DNA of 64,000 bases from Synechococcus sp. UW140 (GCA_943369595.1 CALRNU020000009.1:26346-90345), one strand, 5' to 3'. Shown: positions 1-19,727, counted from the stretch's first letter. Program-made: numbers and translations. Notes: generated by a model from the sequence alone, not told the origin.

Positions 1-639
1 CTCAGACACCTCCTTGAGGAACACCTTGAAGGTGGCGTTCGCCCGGTAATTGTCGTTTGGTAGTTGGTCGCGGCGGGGTAATTCTGCTTCCACCTCAGGC
101 CTACCTAGGCCAGAGCTCACCGCCATGATCACAGACTGGCGCTCAAAGCGGATCACCCGGGCGGTTAAGACAGGATCCTCGAGGTCGGCGAATTCCTCCT
201 GGATCATTCGGCGCTGCTGGTCCCGCAGCTTCTGGGCCAGCACCTGTTTGGTTTGGGCTGCGGCCATGCGGCCAAAATCATCTTTTTCCGGTGTTACATC
301 AAGCACGACCGTGTCACCCAGTTGGGCATCATCGGTTACCTGTTGCACTTCCTCATAGGCAATCTGGTGGTCTTCGCTTTCCACCTCATCCACAATGATT
401 TTGCTGGCCAGCACCCGGAAGCCCTCTTCGTCGAGGTCTAGGGCCACATCAAAATTGCTGAAATATTCTTCGTCGAAAGGGTCTTCACTTATGCCGAGGT
501 AGAGCGTGCGGCGATAGCGCTCGTAGCCCTTGAGCAGCGCTTCCCGGAGAGCGGCCTCCACCACATTCGGGGGGAGCTTTTTCTCCTCGCTGATGTCTTC
601 GATTAGGGCTGATAAGCCCGGAAGCATCACGAGTGCCAT
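1..639 (-). CDS. nusA: Transcription termination/antitermination factor NusA, N-terminal 213 codons (gene continues past the left edge)
   Basis: Absent from the supplied ORF track because there is no stop inside the window. The reverse complement from ATG at 637-639 reads MALVMLPGLSALIEDISEEKKLPPNVVEAALRE... and is still open at base 1 (...PNDNYRANATFKVFLKEVSE). It lies directly downstream of rimP, as in the conserved rimP-nusA operon. Confidence 0.88.
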   Translation of the reverse strand, partial: MALVMLPGLSALIEDISEEKKLPPNVVEAALREALLKGYERYRRTLYLGISEDPFDEEYFSNFDVALDLDEEGFRVLASKIIVDEVESEDHQIAYEEVQQVTDDAQLGDTVVLDVTPEKDDFGRMAAAQTKQVLAQKLRDQQRRMIQEEFADLEDPVLTARVIRFERQSVIMAVSSGLGRPEVEAELPRRDQLPNDNYRANATFKVFLKEVSE

Positions 640-686
640 AAACGAACCTTCTGCTGGAGGACGGGAGGGACAGGGGGGGGCGGGGG

Positions 687-1154
687 TCAGCCCTCTGGGG
701 AGGTGAGGCGGACCTCAAGCACGGCTGAGCGCGGAATCCGCACGACTCGGCCGCGCAGATTTATCTCCACGGCTTCGTCGTCGCGGCGGAGCAGGGATCC
801 TTCCCTCCGCCGCTGATCACCGTTGGCATCCTGCTGGAGCACAGACACCGGAAATCCGCGGAAACTGCGGAAATCCCTGTCGTCCTGGAGCACGTCCCCG
901 ACCCCGGGGCTTGTGATCTCCAGAACATACGCCCCCGGTAGCAGCTCCCCCAAATCCAAAGCATCGGCGAAGGCAGCACTGAAGGTGGCGCAGTCGTCGA
1001 GGTTTACATCTGCACCATCCTGCTTTTGCAAGGCCACGATCAGAGCTTGGGGACTCCGATGGCTGTGCAGAAGTAGATGGTGGATCCGAAAGCCAAGGGG
1101 TTCGGCTACGGATTGGGCTAGGGATTCGAGCTCAGGCAGTTGTGGATGGGCCAA
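687..1154 (-). CDS. rimP: Ribosome maturation factor RimP
   Basis: 155-aa ORF (ESLAQSVAEPLGFRIHHLLL...LEITSPGVGDVL...) with RimP-like N-terminal and Sm-like C-terminal layout. It sits immediately upstream of nusA on the same strand. Confidence 0.88.
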   Translation of the reverse strand: MAHPQLPELESLAQSVAEPLGFRIHHLLLHSHRSPQALIVALQKQDGADVNLDDCATFSAAFADALDLGELLPGAYVLEITSPGVGDVLQDDRDFRSFRGFPVSVLQQDANGDQRRREGSLLRRDDEAVEINLRGRVVRIPRSAVLEVRLTSPEG

Positions 1155-1318
1155 GGGGCTGGGGGACCAGGGGGGCCGGCCCGGCCCTGCAATCGAATCA
1201 TTGGGAACGACTGCCCATCGGCGACTGGATTCAGCCCCTGATGGTGGTGCCCGCCGGGCACATAAAGCAGCTTAGAAGATCACCCTCTCCCCTGGCCCCA
1301 GCCAGCCCTGCCGATGGG

Positions 1319-1639
1319 TCACAGCTCTAATGCTGGTGGTTCTCCGTAGAAATCAGCGGCTTTTGGTTCCCTGCGCAGCTGGGGGTTTGTATTGATGCAG
1401 CCCCCCCGCTCTTGGGCGAATTGACAGACCCGGGCCCAAAGCTTGGCGCGACTGCCCTTGGCACCAGTGCTGAATTGAACCTCCAGCTCAGCACCATTGC
1501 TGGGATTGATTTTTACCTGGCAGAGGGGGCACACCTGCGGGCCTTCAACCATCGCAGCTCCAGCGACTCGGGTGAGGTTAAGGCGAGAGTCTTCGCCTCC
1601 GGTCTCTTTTAACGTTTCTGTGAAGCTTTCCCGTGGCAA
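1319..1639 (-). CDS. Hypothetical protein with a CxxC motif; start uncertain (TTG at 1639 or ATG at 1552)
   Basis: 106-aa ORF with host-like codon usage, containing CPLCQ and a second Cys pair. I recognise no family. It is the only long ORF in this gap that does not look like an Arg/Pro/Gly-rich artefact. Confidence 0.4.
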   Translation of the reverse strand: MPRESFTETLKETGGEDSRLNLTRVAGAAMVEGPQVCPLCQVKINPSNGAELEVQFSTGAKGSRAKLWARVCQFAQERGGCINTNPQLRREPKAADFYGEPPALEL

Positions 1640-1686
1640 CAGGCTGACGGCGCGGTCTGCCTAGGCCAGCCAGCTGAGCTGCTTAG

Positions 1687-2781
<1,095 letters not shown>

Positions 2782-2824
2782 CCTGCCGATGGATTGCTAG
2801 GTTCCCGCCACCTGGTATTTCCCC

Positions 2825-3534
2825 ATGGCAGATCTGCAGGACCGTATGAAACAGGCGGTTGCCTTGGCGGCCGTTGATCAGATCAGCGACGGCATGGTGC
2901 TCGGGCTTGGTTCCGGGTCCACGGCGGCCCTGATGATCAAGGAGGTGGGGGCCCGCCTCAACGACGGCAGGCTTAAAAACATCTTGGGGGTAACCACCTC
3001 GTTTCAGGGGGAGGTGCTTGCTGCAGAGCTGGGCATTCCATTGAAGGCTCTCAATGCGATCGAGCGCATTGACCTGGCCATTGATGGGGCCGATGAGGTG
3101 GACCCTGGTTTTCAGTTGATCAAGGGGGGCGGCGCCTGTCACGTGCAGGAAAAACTGGTGGCTCGCCGCGCCGATCGTTTTGTGGTGGTGGTGGACAGCA
3201 GCAAGTTGGTGGAGCGCCTGAACCTGGAATTCCTGTTGCCCGTGGAGGTGCTGCCCGGCGCCTGGCGCCAGGTGCAGGCTGAATTGCTTGCCCTAGGGGG
3301 CGCCGCTGAATTGAGGATGGCGCTACGCAAGGCCGGTCCGGTGGTCACCGACCAGGGCAACCTGGTGCTTGATGTGCGCTTTGGCGGCGGCATTAGCGAC
3401 CCTGGGGGCCTGGAGGCCAAGCTCAACAACATTCCAGGGGTGCTGGAGAACGGCCTGTTTGTGAACCTTGCTGATCAGGTGCTGGTGGGTGAAATTGTTG
3501 CTGACCAGCCAGTGGTGCGGGACTTGGTGAAGGC

Positions 3535-3538
<4 letters not shown>
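2825..3538 (+). CDS. rpiA: Ribose-5-phosphate isomerase A
   Basis: 237 aa with GLGSGST, DGADEVD and KGGGAC motifs typical of RpiA. Confidence 0.92.
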
Positions 3539-5251
<1,713 letters not shown>

Positions 5252-5276
5252 GTCGGCCAGACTGGTTTTCTCCTTT

Positions 5277-5298
5277 GGGGGCCTCAGGCCCCTTTTTT
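5277..5298 (+). terminator. Rho-independent terminator after rpsT
   Basis: GGGGCC (5278-5283), loop TCA, GGCCCC (5287-5292), followed by TTTTTT (5293-5298), 26 nt after the rpsT stop. Confidence 0.6.
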
Positions 5299-5304
5299 GT
5301 TGGC

Positions 5305-6126
5305 ATGGGCACGGCAGAGCTTGGCTTGATCCCGTCTTTTCCCCTGGTGGATAGCCACTGTCACCTGGTTTTTCGTCAGTTTGACGACGACCTGGAGGTG
5401 GTGGCCAACCGCTGGCGCCAGGCTGGGGTCAAGGCCCTGCTGCATGCCTGTGTGGAACCGGCGGAAATCCCTGGGATCAGAGCCCTGGCCGATCGTTTCC
5501 CTGAGTTGCGCTACGCGGTGGGAGTGCATCCCCTCGATTGCGAGCATTGGGACGCCGCCACTGCGGATGGGTTGCGCCAGGCGGCCCAGGCTGATGATCG
5601 GGTAGTGGCCGTAGGTGAATTAGGTCTCGATCTCTATCGGGCCACCAATTTGGAGGAGCAGCTCAGCATGCTCATTCCCCAGCTCAACCTGGCCGAAGAG
5701 TTGCAGCTGCCCGTGATCATCCATTGCCGCGATGCGGCTGAGCCGATGCTCAAGTTGCTGGAGCAGCGGCGCCAGGGGGGACATTGGATCCAGGGGGTGA
5801 TGCATTGCTGGGGGGGTACCCCTGGGGAGATGGAGGCTTTCCTGGAATTTGGTCTTTTCATTAGCTTCAGCGGCACGGTCACCTTCCCCAAGGCCAGTGA
5901 CACCCATGTCTGTGCCCAGCAGGTGCCGGCCGACCGCTACCTAGTGGAAACCGATTGCCCCTTCCTCTCCCCGGTACCCCGCCGGGGCAAGCGCAACGAA
6001 CCGGCGATGGTGCTGCATGTGGCTGAGCGGGTGGCCGCCTTGCGCCAGGAGTCCCTGGAGCAGGTTTGCCGCCAAACCAGCGCCAATGCGGCGAAACTTT
6101 TTCGACTTCCGCTTCCGCCCGGATAA
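5305..6126 (+). CDS. tatD: TatD-family metal-dependent hydrolase/DNase
   Basis: Motifs VDSHCHL, HCRDA, MHCWGG, ETDCPFL. I chose the ATG at 5305 because the TTG at 5275 lies inside the rpsT terminator hairpin. Confidence 0.85.
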   Translation: MGTAELGLIPSFPLVDSHCHLVFRQFDDDLEVVANRWRQAGVKALLHACVEPAEIPGIRALADRFPELRYAVGVHPLDCEHWDAATADGLRQAAQADDRVVAVGELGLDLYRATNLEEQLSMLIPQLNLAEELQLPVIIHCRDAAEPMLKLLEQRRQGGHWIQGVMHCWGGTPGEMEAFLEFGLFISFSGTVTFPKASDTHVCAQQVPADRYLVETDCPFLSPVPRRGKRNEPAMVLHVAERVAALRQESLEQVCRQTSANAAKLFRLPLPPG

Positions 6127-6131
6127 CTTCC

Positions 6132-6162
6132 TTGACAAAGGGTGGGTGTCTTTGGGTAAGAT
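6132..6162 (+). promoter_or_regulatory. Candidate sigma70-type promoter upstream of rpoB
   Basis: TTGACA (6132-6137) and TAAGAT (6157-6162). The spacer is 19 nt, longer than optimal. It would give a leader of about 255 nt before the rpoB ATG at 6424. Confidence 0.25.
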
Positions 6163-6423
6163 CAGCTATTGGCTTGAGATTCCCTTGGCGTTCGCCGCAC
6201 AAGCTGCGAGCGATCATCAAGCAGGATCAATGGCTGAAGTGCCCCTCGATTCAGCGGGCTTTGTTGCCGACGGTTCATCTGCCCTCCATCCCTTGAGCAA
6301 GCCCTGACGCTGGCCGCCTTCCATTCCGTGGGAGGCGGCCGTTGCCTTGGCGATTTTGGCATGGTTGGTGGCTGTGGCCCCGGCTGACGTTTCATTCCTC
6401 CCTTCCGTTCTGCAGGTCTCCGC

Positions 6424-9714
<3,291 letters not shown>

Positions 9715-9749
9715 GGGGCAGAAGGGCGGCCCAGCCGCCCTTCTGCCCC
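9715..9749 (+). other. Perfect 16-bp stem / 3-nt loop hairpin directly after the rpoB stop, with no U-tract
   Basis: GGGGCAGAAGGGCGGC (9715-9730), CCA, GCCGCCCTTCTGCCCC (9734-9749). It is followed by CCACCCAATGACG rather than a T-run. Confidence 0.7.
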
Positions 9750-9800
9750 CCACCCAATGACGTTTCGTTTGACATTTAGCGCCCCCTTCGCCCCCCGGCC

Positions 9801-11705
9801 ATGACCAACAGCAACACCCGTACCGAGAGCCATTTCGACTACGTCAAGATCACGCTGGCCTCCCCCGAGCGGATCATGCAGTGGGGCCAGCGCACCCTGC
9901 CCAATGGGCAGGTGGTGGGCGAGGTGACCAAGCCGGAAACGATTAACTACCGCACCCTCAAGCCCGAAATGGACGGGCTGTTCTGCGAGAAGATCTTCGG
10001 ACCTTCTAAGGACTGGGAATGCCATTGCGGTAAGTACAAACGGGTGCGCCACAGGGGCATTGTTTGCGAGCGCTGTGGCGTAGAGGTCACCGAAAGCCGG
10101 GTGCGGCGCCACCGCATGGGTTTCATCAAGCTCGCCGCCCCTGTTTCCCATGTGTGGTACCTGAAGGGCATTCCCAGCTATGTGGCTATCCTTCTGGATA
10201 TGCCCCTGCGTGATGTGGAGCAGATTGTTTATTTTAACTGTTATGTAGTGCTAGAGCCCGGTGATCACAAGGGCTTGAAGTATAAGCAGCTACTCACTGA
10301 AGATGAGTGGCTGGAGATTGAAGACGAGATCTTTGCCGAAGATTCAGAAATTGAGAATGAGCCTGAAGTGGGCATCGGTGCCGAGGCCCTAAAGCGTCTG
10401 TTGGAAGATCTAAACCTCACGGAAATTGCCGAGCAATTGCGTGAGGAGATCAGCGGCAGTAAAGGGCAAAAGCGGGCCAAGTTGATCAAGCGCCTGCGGG
10501 TGATTGACAATTTCATTGCCACCGATGCCCGGCCGGAATGGATGGTGCTAGACGCCATTCCCGTGATTCCCCCTGACCTGCGCCCGATGGTGCAGCTGGA
10601 TGGGGGACGATTTGCCACCTCTGATCTTAATGATCTATATCGACGGGTTATCAACCGCAACAACCGCCTGGCGCGTCTGCAGGAGATCCTCGCCCCTGAA
10701 ATTATCGTCCGCAATGAAAAGCGGATGTTGCAGGAGGCCGTTGATGCGCTGATCGACAACGGCCGCCGCGGTCGCACCGTGGTGGGAGCCAATAACCGTC
10801 CGCTCAAGTCGCTCAGCGACATCATTGAGGGTAAGCAGGGGCGCTTCCGTCAGAACCTGCTGGGCAAGCGTGTTGATTACTCCGGCCGTTCTGTGATTGT
10901 GGTCGGTCCGAATCTGAAGATGCACCAGTGCGGTCTTCCTAAAGAGATGGCCATTGAGCTATTCCAGCCCTTTGTGATCCATCGCCTGATTCGCCAGAAT
11001 ATTGTTAACAACATCAAGGCAGCTAAGAAGCTGATTCAACGGGCCGATGATGAGGTGATGCAGGTACTTCAAGAGGTGATTGATGGTCATCCGATCCTCT
11101 TGAACCGGGCCCCCACCTTGCACCGTTTAGGCATTCAGGCCTTTGAGCCCAAGTTGGTGGACGGCCGTGCCATCCAGTTGCATCCGCTGGTGTGTCCTGC
11201 CTTCAACGCCGACTTTGACGGTGACCAGATGGCCGTCCACGTGCCCCTGGCCCTAGAAGCCCAAACCGAAGCCCGAATGTTGATGCTTGCCAGCAACAAC
11301 ATTCTTTCCCCCGCCACCGGTGAGCCCATCATCACCCCTTCCCAGGACATGGTGCTTGGTGCCTACTACCTCACCGCCGTGCGCAAGGAAAATGCCCAGC
11401 CGGAGTTTGGTGATCGCAGCCGCACCTATGCCAGCCTCAGTGATGTTTGCAGTGCCCATGAGGAGAAACGTCTCAAGCTCCACGATTGGATTTGGGTGCG
11501 TTTCAGCGGTGAGGTAGACGACGATGACGATTCCCTTGAGCCGATCAAGAGTGAGACCCTCAGCGATGGCACCCGGATTGAGCAGTGGAAGTTCCGCCGC
11601 GATCGCCTTGATGGGGACGGTGCTTTGATCAGCCGTTATTTGCTTACCACCACTGGCCGGGTCGTGATGAACCGCACGATCATTGATGCCGTGGCGGCAC
11701 GGTGA
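9801..11705 (+). CDS. rpoC1: DNA-directed RNA polymerase subunit gamma (N-terminal half of beta-prime, cyanobacterial split)
   Basis: 634 aa containing the zinc-binding [23 protein letters not shown] and the catalytic NADFDGD motif. The split rpoC1/rpoC2 arrangement is characteristic of cyanobacteria and plastids. Confidence 0.98.
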   Translation: MTNSNTRTESHFDYVKITLASPERIMQWGQRTLPNGQVVGEVTKPETINYRTLKPEMDGLFCEKIFGPSKDWECHCGKYKRVRHRGIVCERCGVEVTESRVRRHRMGFIKLAAPVSHVWYLKGIPSYVAILLDMPLRDVEQIVYFNCYVVLEPGDHKGLKYKQLLTEDEWLEIEDEIFAEDSEIENEPEVGIGAEALKRLLEDLNLTEIAEQLREEISGSKGQKRAKLIKRLRVIDNFIATDARPEWMVLDAIPVIPPDLRPMVQLDGGRFATSDLNDLYRRVINRNNRLARLQEILAPEIIVRNEKRMLQEAVDALIDNGRRGRTVVGANNRPLKSLSDIIEGKQGRFRQNLLGKRVDYSGRSVIVVGPNLKMHQCGLPKEMAIELFQPFVIHRLIRQNIVNNIKAAKKLIQRADDEVMQVLQEVIDGHPILLNRAPTLHRLGIQAFEPKLVDGRAIQLHPLVCPAFNADFDGDQMAVHVPLALEAQTEARMLMLASNNILSPATGEPIITPSQDMVLGAYYLTAVRKENAQPEFGDRSRTYASLSDVCSAHEEKRLKLHDWIWVRFSGEVDDDDDSLEPIKSETLSDGTRIEQWKFRRDRLDGDGALISRYLLTTTGRVVMNRTIIDAVAAR

Positions 11706-11710
11706 GTTAA

Positions 11711-15889
<4,179 letters not shown>

Positions 15890-15892
15890 TCG

Positions 15893-16063
15893 ATGGCAAC
15901 TGTCACTGATTTGCAGCCCAGGTTGCTGCCCAAAAGGCGCCTACCTCGCTTTGGCTTTCATAGCCACTGTGAAGGCCTGAATGGTCGGCTGGCCATGCTT
16001 GGGTTTATCGCTCTGCTGGCGGTAGAGCAATGGCTGGGCCACGGTCTGTTGGTTTGGCCCTGA
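15893..16063 (+). CDS. hli: High-light-inducible protein (HLIP, one-helix CAB/ELIP/HLIP family)
   Basis: Not in the ORF track (56 codons). ATG at 15893, 3 nt after the rpoC2 stop, preceded by GAGGAGGA. Translates to [56 protein letters not shown], which carries the E-x2-N-G-R-x-A-M-x-G-F chlorophyll-binding helix signature. Confidence 0.85.
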   Translation: MATVTDLQPRLLPKRRLPRFGFHSHCEGLNGRLAMLGFIALLAVEQWLGHGLLVWP

Positions 16064-17112
16064 GTTCAGCGGCCCCAGCTCTTTTGGGTCAGAGCTTGCC
16101 GCAATTGGAGGCTTGGGCCGTGGGCCAAGGGCTGCCCCCCTTTCGGGGGCGGCAATTGCATGATTGGCTGTATGCCAAGGGTGCCAGCGACTGGCAGGCG
16201 ATCACTGTGTTGCCAGCCCCTTTACGGGCTGCGGCGCCCCTGCCCCTGGGTCGATCTAAGGAGCTGCATCGTTCCTTGGCCCGGGACGGCACCCTCAAGT
16301 TGCTGTTAGAGACCGCTGACGGCCTGACGATTGAAACGGTGGGGATTCCCAGTGATGACCGCCTCACGGTTTGCGTATCCACCCAAGTGGGCTGTCCCAT
16401 GGCCTGTCGTTTCTGTGCCACGGGCAAAGGGGGGCTGCAGCGCTCGTTGGCCACCCATGAAATTGTTGATCAGCTGTTGAGCGTGCGCCAGGCCATGGAC
16501 CGCCGCCCCAGCCATGTGGTTTTCATGGGCATGGGTGAGCCGCTGCTCAACATTGATGCGGTGCTTGCTGCCATCAACTGTTTCTGTCGGGATCTGGGCA
16601 TGGCCCAGCGCCAGATCACCGTCAGTACGGTCGGCGTGCCCCATACCCTGCCCCAATTGGCCGAGGCCGCCCTGGCCCAATTGGGCCGTTGCCAGTTCAC
16701 CTTGGCCGTGAGTCTCCATGCCCCAAACCAGGAGCTGCGCGAGGAGTTAATCCCCACGGCAAAGGCCTATCCCCTGGGGCAATTGCTAAGCGATTGCCGC
16801 CATTACTTAGATATCACAGGCCGCCGGGTGAGCTTTGAATACATCCTGCTGGGGGGCCTAAATGATGGGCACGACCAAGCTGAGGCCTTAGCCGACCTCG
16901 TTAGTGGTTTCCAGAGTCATGTGAACTTGATCCCTTACAACCCCATTGAAGAGGAAGCCTTCCAGCGGCCTAGCCCCGAGCGGGTTCAGGGCTTTAGGCA
17001 AGTGCTCAGCCAAAGGGGGATTGCCGTGAGTGTGCGGGCTAGCAGGGGCCTCGATCAAGATGCCGCCTGTGGTCAGTTGCGGCGAAGGTTGCAAACGAAT
17101 AGCAGCTCCTAG
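16030..17112 (+). CDS. rlmN: 23S rRNA/tRNA adenine-C2 methyltransferase RlmN (radical SAM)
   Basis: [11 protein letters not shown] radical-SAM cluster motif, GMGEPL, and a C-terminal AACGQL. The ATG at 16030 overlaps the hli gene by 34 nt, so the true start may be an in-frame TTG or CTG at about 16054-16060. Confidence 0.9.
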   Translation: MAGPRSVGLALSSAAPALLGQSLPQLEAWAVGQGLPPFRGRQLHDWLYAKGASDWQAITVLPAPLRAAAPLPLGRSKELHRSLARDGTLKLLLETADGLTIETVGIPSDDRLTVCVSTQVGCPMACRFCATGKGGLQRSLATHEIVDQLLSVRQAMDRRPSHVVFMGMGEPLLNIDAVLAAINCFCRDLGMAQRQITVSTVGVPHTLPQLAEAALAQLGRCQFTLAVSLHAPNQELREELIPTAKAYPLGQLLSDCRHYLDITGRRVSFEYILLGGLNDGHDQAEALADLVSGFQSHVNLIPYNPIEEEAFQRPSPERVQGFRQVLSQRGIAVSVRASRGLDQDAACGQLRRRLQTNSSS

Positions 17113-17136
17113 ATCCATTTGTTTAGGGGCTGTGGC

Positions 17137-18408
17137 CTAACCAGGCTCGGCTTCTGCCTCAAACGAACCGCGCGGCACGGATTCCTTCCAGGGGGCCAGC
17201 ACCGCCAGCAACAGCAGGCTGGGCACCGCTGCTGCCAGGGTTAAGGCAAAAAAACTGCTCCAGCCCACCGCCTGGGCAAGGAAGCCCGCCGGTGCAGCTA
17301 GTAGCGATCGGCTGAGGGCATAAACCCCAGAGAACAATGCATATTGGGTGGCTGAATAGCGGGGATTGCAGAGGCTCATTAACAACGCCAGGAAGGCCGC
17401 CGTGAGCATGCCGTGGGCGAAATGTTCCACGGTCACCGTAACCATTAAATCCTGGAGACTCCCCCCGGAACGGGCCAGGGCCCAGTAAGTGAGGTTGGTT
17501 AGTGAACCAATGATGCTGAACAGCCAGAGGGAGCGATTTAGGCCCAATCGTCCGTAAAGCAGGCCACCGGTGGCCGTGCCGGCCATGGTGGCGGCAATGC
17601 CCCAGCCGCCATTTACGGCACCAATAAGTTCGGCGCCATAGCCCTTCTGCAGCATGAAGGGCACAGCCATCAGGTTGAGCAGCCCCTCCGGCCAGCGATA
17701 CAGCATCACTAGGGCCAACAGCTGCCAAGCCCGTTGGCCCCCCGTGCGGTGCAGGAATTCCTTGGCGGGCCCCAGCACCGCTTGGCGCAGGCTGGTGACT
17801 GGAAACCTCACCGCTGCCAGCCGCGGGGCTCCGACGGTGAAAGGGATTACTGCGGCCAGCATCAGGGCTGCACCGCAAAAGGCTGCTGGCCAGCCCCAGC
17901 GGCCAGCCACAAGGAACCCCCCTGCCCCGATCGCCAGCATCGCCGCCCGATAGCCCAGGGCCGCCGCCGCCGCCCCAGCCCCCCGTTCCTGCTCGCTGAG
18001 CAGATCGGTGCGATAGGCGTCCACAACAATGTCTTGGGTGGCGCTGACCACCGCTAGGGCCACGGCGGCGCACCCCACCAGGGTCAGGCTGAGCGGATCG
18101 GCGTGGGGGTGCAGCAGGGCCATGGAGCCGATGCCGATCACCAGCAAAAACTGCAGCAGCAGCATCCAGCCCCGGCGTTGGTCAGGCCAGGGAATCGGCC
18201 AGCGATCGAGCAGCGGCGCCCAAAATAATTTGAGGGTGTAGGGCAGCTCTGCCAGCCCCAGTAGACCGATCATGCCAAGCGGTATCTGGCTGGCGGTGAG
18301 CCAACCCTGTAGGAGCTTGCTGCCCACCATCAGGGGAATCCCACTGGCTACCCCCTCCAGCCCCACGCTCAGAATCCGTCGCCAACTACTGGGGGGGGAG
18401 GGCTCCAA
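17137..18408 (-). CDS. MFS transporter, AmpG/PAT (muropeptide or acetyl-CoA transporter-like) family
   Basis: 423 aa with about 12 hydrophobic segments, and LKLFWAPLLDRW, which is typical of the AmpG/PAT subfamily. TTG start. Confidence 0.78.
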   Translation of the reverse strand: MEPSPPSSWRRILSVGLEGVASGIPLMVGSKLLQGWLTASQIPLGMIGLLGLAELPYTLKLFWAPLLDRWPIPWPDQRRGWMLLLQFLLVIGIGSMALLHPHADPLSLTLVGCAAVALAVVSATQDIVVDAYRTDLLSEQERGAGAAAAALGYRAAMLAIGAGGFLVAGRWGWPAAFCGAALMLAAVIPFTVGAPRLAAVRFPVTSLRQAVLGPAKEFLHRTGGQRAWQLLALVMLYRWPEGLLNLMAVPFMLQKGYGAELIGAVNGGWGIAATMAGTATGGLLYGRLGLNRSLWLFSIIGSLTNLTYWALARSGGSLQDLMVTVTVEHFAHGMLTAAFLALLMSLCNPRYSATQYALFSGVYALSRSLLAAPAGFLAQAVGWSSFFALTLAAAVPSLLLLAVLAPWKESVPRGSFEAEAEPG

Positions 18409-18496
18409 GGCAGGGCCTGGCTAGCTGGCGCGAACCCTAGGGGGTAGAGCAACCGCGGGTCGATCAGAATGCTGAGATCTCCGTAGGCCCCCCCCC

Positions 18497-18622
18497 ATGT
18501 CGTTCTTTAGATCCACCCTGTTGCCGGCCCTGATCGTGCTGCTTTTTGCCGCGGCATTGGTGGCGGTGAGCGCGCGCACTTGGTTACCAGGTGATATGGC
18601 TGCTCCGGCCCCCTTGGCCTAG
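18497..18622 (+). CDS. Possible 41-aa single-pass membrane peptide
   Basis: ATG at 18497. MSFFRSTLLPALIVLLFAAALVAVSARTWLPGDMAAPAPLA has one clear hydrophobic helix. It ends 5 nt before the HEAT-repeat gene. Below the ORF-track cutoff, and I recognise no family. Confidence 0.3.
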   Translation: MSFFRSTLLPALIVLLFAAALVAVSARTWLPGDMAAPAPLA

Positions 18623-18627
18623 GTCCA

Positions 18628-19443
18628 ATGCTTGATCCTTCAATGGCCGGGGCGGCGCCCCTTGCCGACGACCTCTTGATCGATCTGGCCTTGCTTGAGG
18701 GGGAACTCCGGGCGGAGGCGGCCGCAGATCCGCTTGATTTGCTGCTGGAAACCGCTGAGGAGCCCCCGGAATCAGCGGAATTACGGGAGGCGCTTTGCCG
18801 GGGGGCCCTGCTGCAGCTCCAGGGGGACCACGACCAGCAGCTGCAGGCCCTCAAGGTGTTTTGTGAACATCGCTATGCCAGGGCCGTACCCCTGCTGCTG
18901 CCCCTATTGCGCAGCAGCTGTCCGATCCTGCGGATGAGTGCCGTTTATGCCCTCGGCCGTAATCCAGAGCCCCAGGCCCTGCCGGAGCTCCAGCGGCTGT
19001 TCCAGGAAGACAGCAATGGCTTTGTGCGTAAGGCCCTGGCCTGGAGCCTCGGCAACTACAACGACGTCAGCGTGCTTCCCCCTTTGGTGCGCGCCCTGGA
19101 AACTGATATCGCTGCCGTGCGGCTCTGGGCGGCCAGTTCCCTGGCCGATGGGGCCCTGGCCCATGGGGAGCAGCGGCCGATGGTGGTGCGTCAATTGTTG
19201 TTGAGCCTGCGCATTGATGGCGAAGCGGCAGTGCGCAGCAACAGTGCTTGGGGGCTAGGACGTTTACATCCGCAGTTGGAGCCCCCCCTGGCTGAGGAGT
19301 TGCAACAGGGGTTACTGCAAGCTCTGCTCCATGATCCAGATCCAGGGGTGCGGGAAGACGCCCGTAATGCCCTGGAGTCCGTGGCCGATCCAGTGATGGT
19401 GGAGCGCTTGCGCACCCTGGTGGAAGAAGGGTTATTGACCTAG
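18628..19443 (+). CDS. HEAT-repeat protein (phycobilisome-lyase-type HEAT-like repeats)
   Basis: Repeated modules of the form ...VR..A..ALG....P.AL..L, e.g. RMSAVYALGRNPEPQALPEL, VRKALAWSLGNY, VRLWAASSLAD, VRSNSAWGLGRL, VREDARNALE. Confidence 0.8.
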   Translation: MLDPSMAGAAPLADDLLIDLALLEGELRAEAAADPLDLLLETAEEPPESAELREALCRGALLQLQGDHDQQLQALKVFCEHRYARAVPLLLPLLRSSCPILRMSAVYALGRNPEPQALPELQRLFQEDSNGFVRKALAWSLGNYNDVSVLPPLVRALETDIAAVRLWAASSLADGALAHGEQRPMVVRQLLLSLRIDGEAAVRSNSAWGLGRLHPQLEPPLAEELQQGLLQALLHDPDPGVREDARNALESVADPVMVERLRTLVEEGLLT

Positions 19444-19487
19444 GGATTGTTAGCTCACGAACTGCTGGCCTGAAATCTGGTTAACAT

Positions 19488-19727
19488 TTGATTTCTTCCC
19501 ATGCCGCCGTGCCGCAGCAGAGCATCCGATTCCGCATTAGGCCCGATGGCCGGGTGGAGGAGCTCGTTGAAGGGGTCCAGGGTGTTGGTTGCCAGGAGCT
19601 CACCCGCTCGATCGAAGCCCGACTGGGCAGCGTTCAAACCACCAGTGCCACCCCAGACCACTACGTTACGGCTGGCGAGCAACTCACCGTTCAGCAGAGC
19701 AGCCATGTCGCACTTCAGCACGGTTAA
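19488..19727 (+). CDS. DUF2997-family small protein (start uncertain)
   Basis: Core IRFRIRPDGRVEELVEGVQGVGCQELTRSIEARLG matches my memory of DUF2997. It overlaps the next gene by 23 nt, as in the conserved cyanobacterial DUF2997-DUF1257 pair. Confidence 0.6.
   Translation: MISSHAAVPQQSIRFRIRPDGRVEELVEGVQGVGCQELTRSIEARLGSVQTTSATPDHYVTAGEQLTVQQSSHVALQHG

Noticed and set aside
17159-18073. A 304-aa alternative-frame ORF inside the MFS transporter gene. Many other long ORFs lie on the opposite strand or in other frames of core genes, e.g. 25087-25815 (+), 47889-48638 (+), 11636-12337 (-), 13496-14110 (-), 50079-50687 (-), 51287-51916 (-), 52712-53323 (+), 56219-56803 (-) and 823-1275 (+).
   Set aside because: These are typical high-GC artefacts. 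Their translations are Arg/Pro/Gly/Ala-rich and low in complexity. Each is fully contained within a gene whose product has unmistakable family motifs. None has a recognisable domain.
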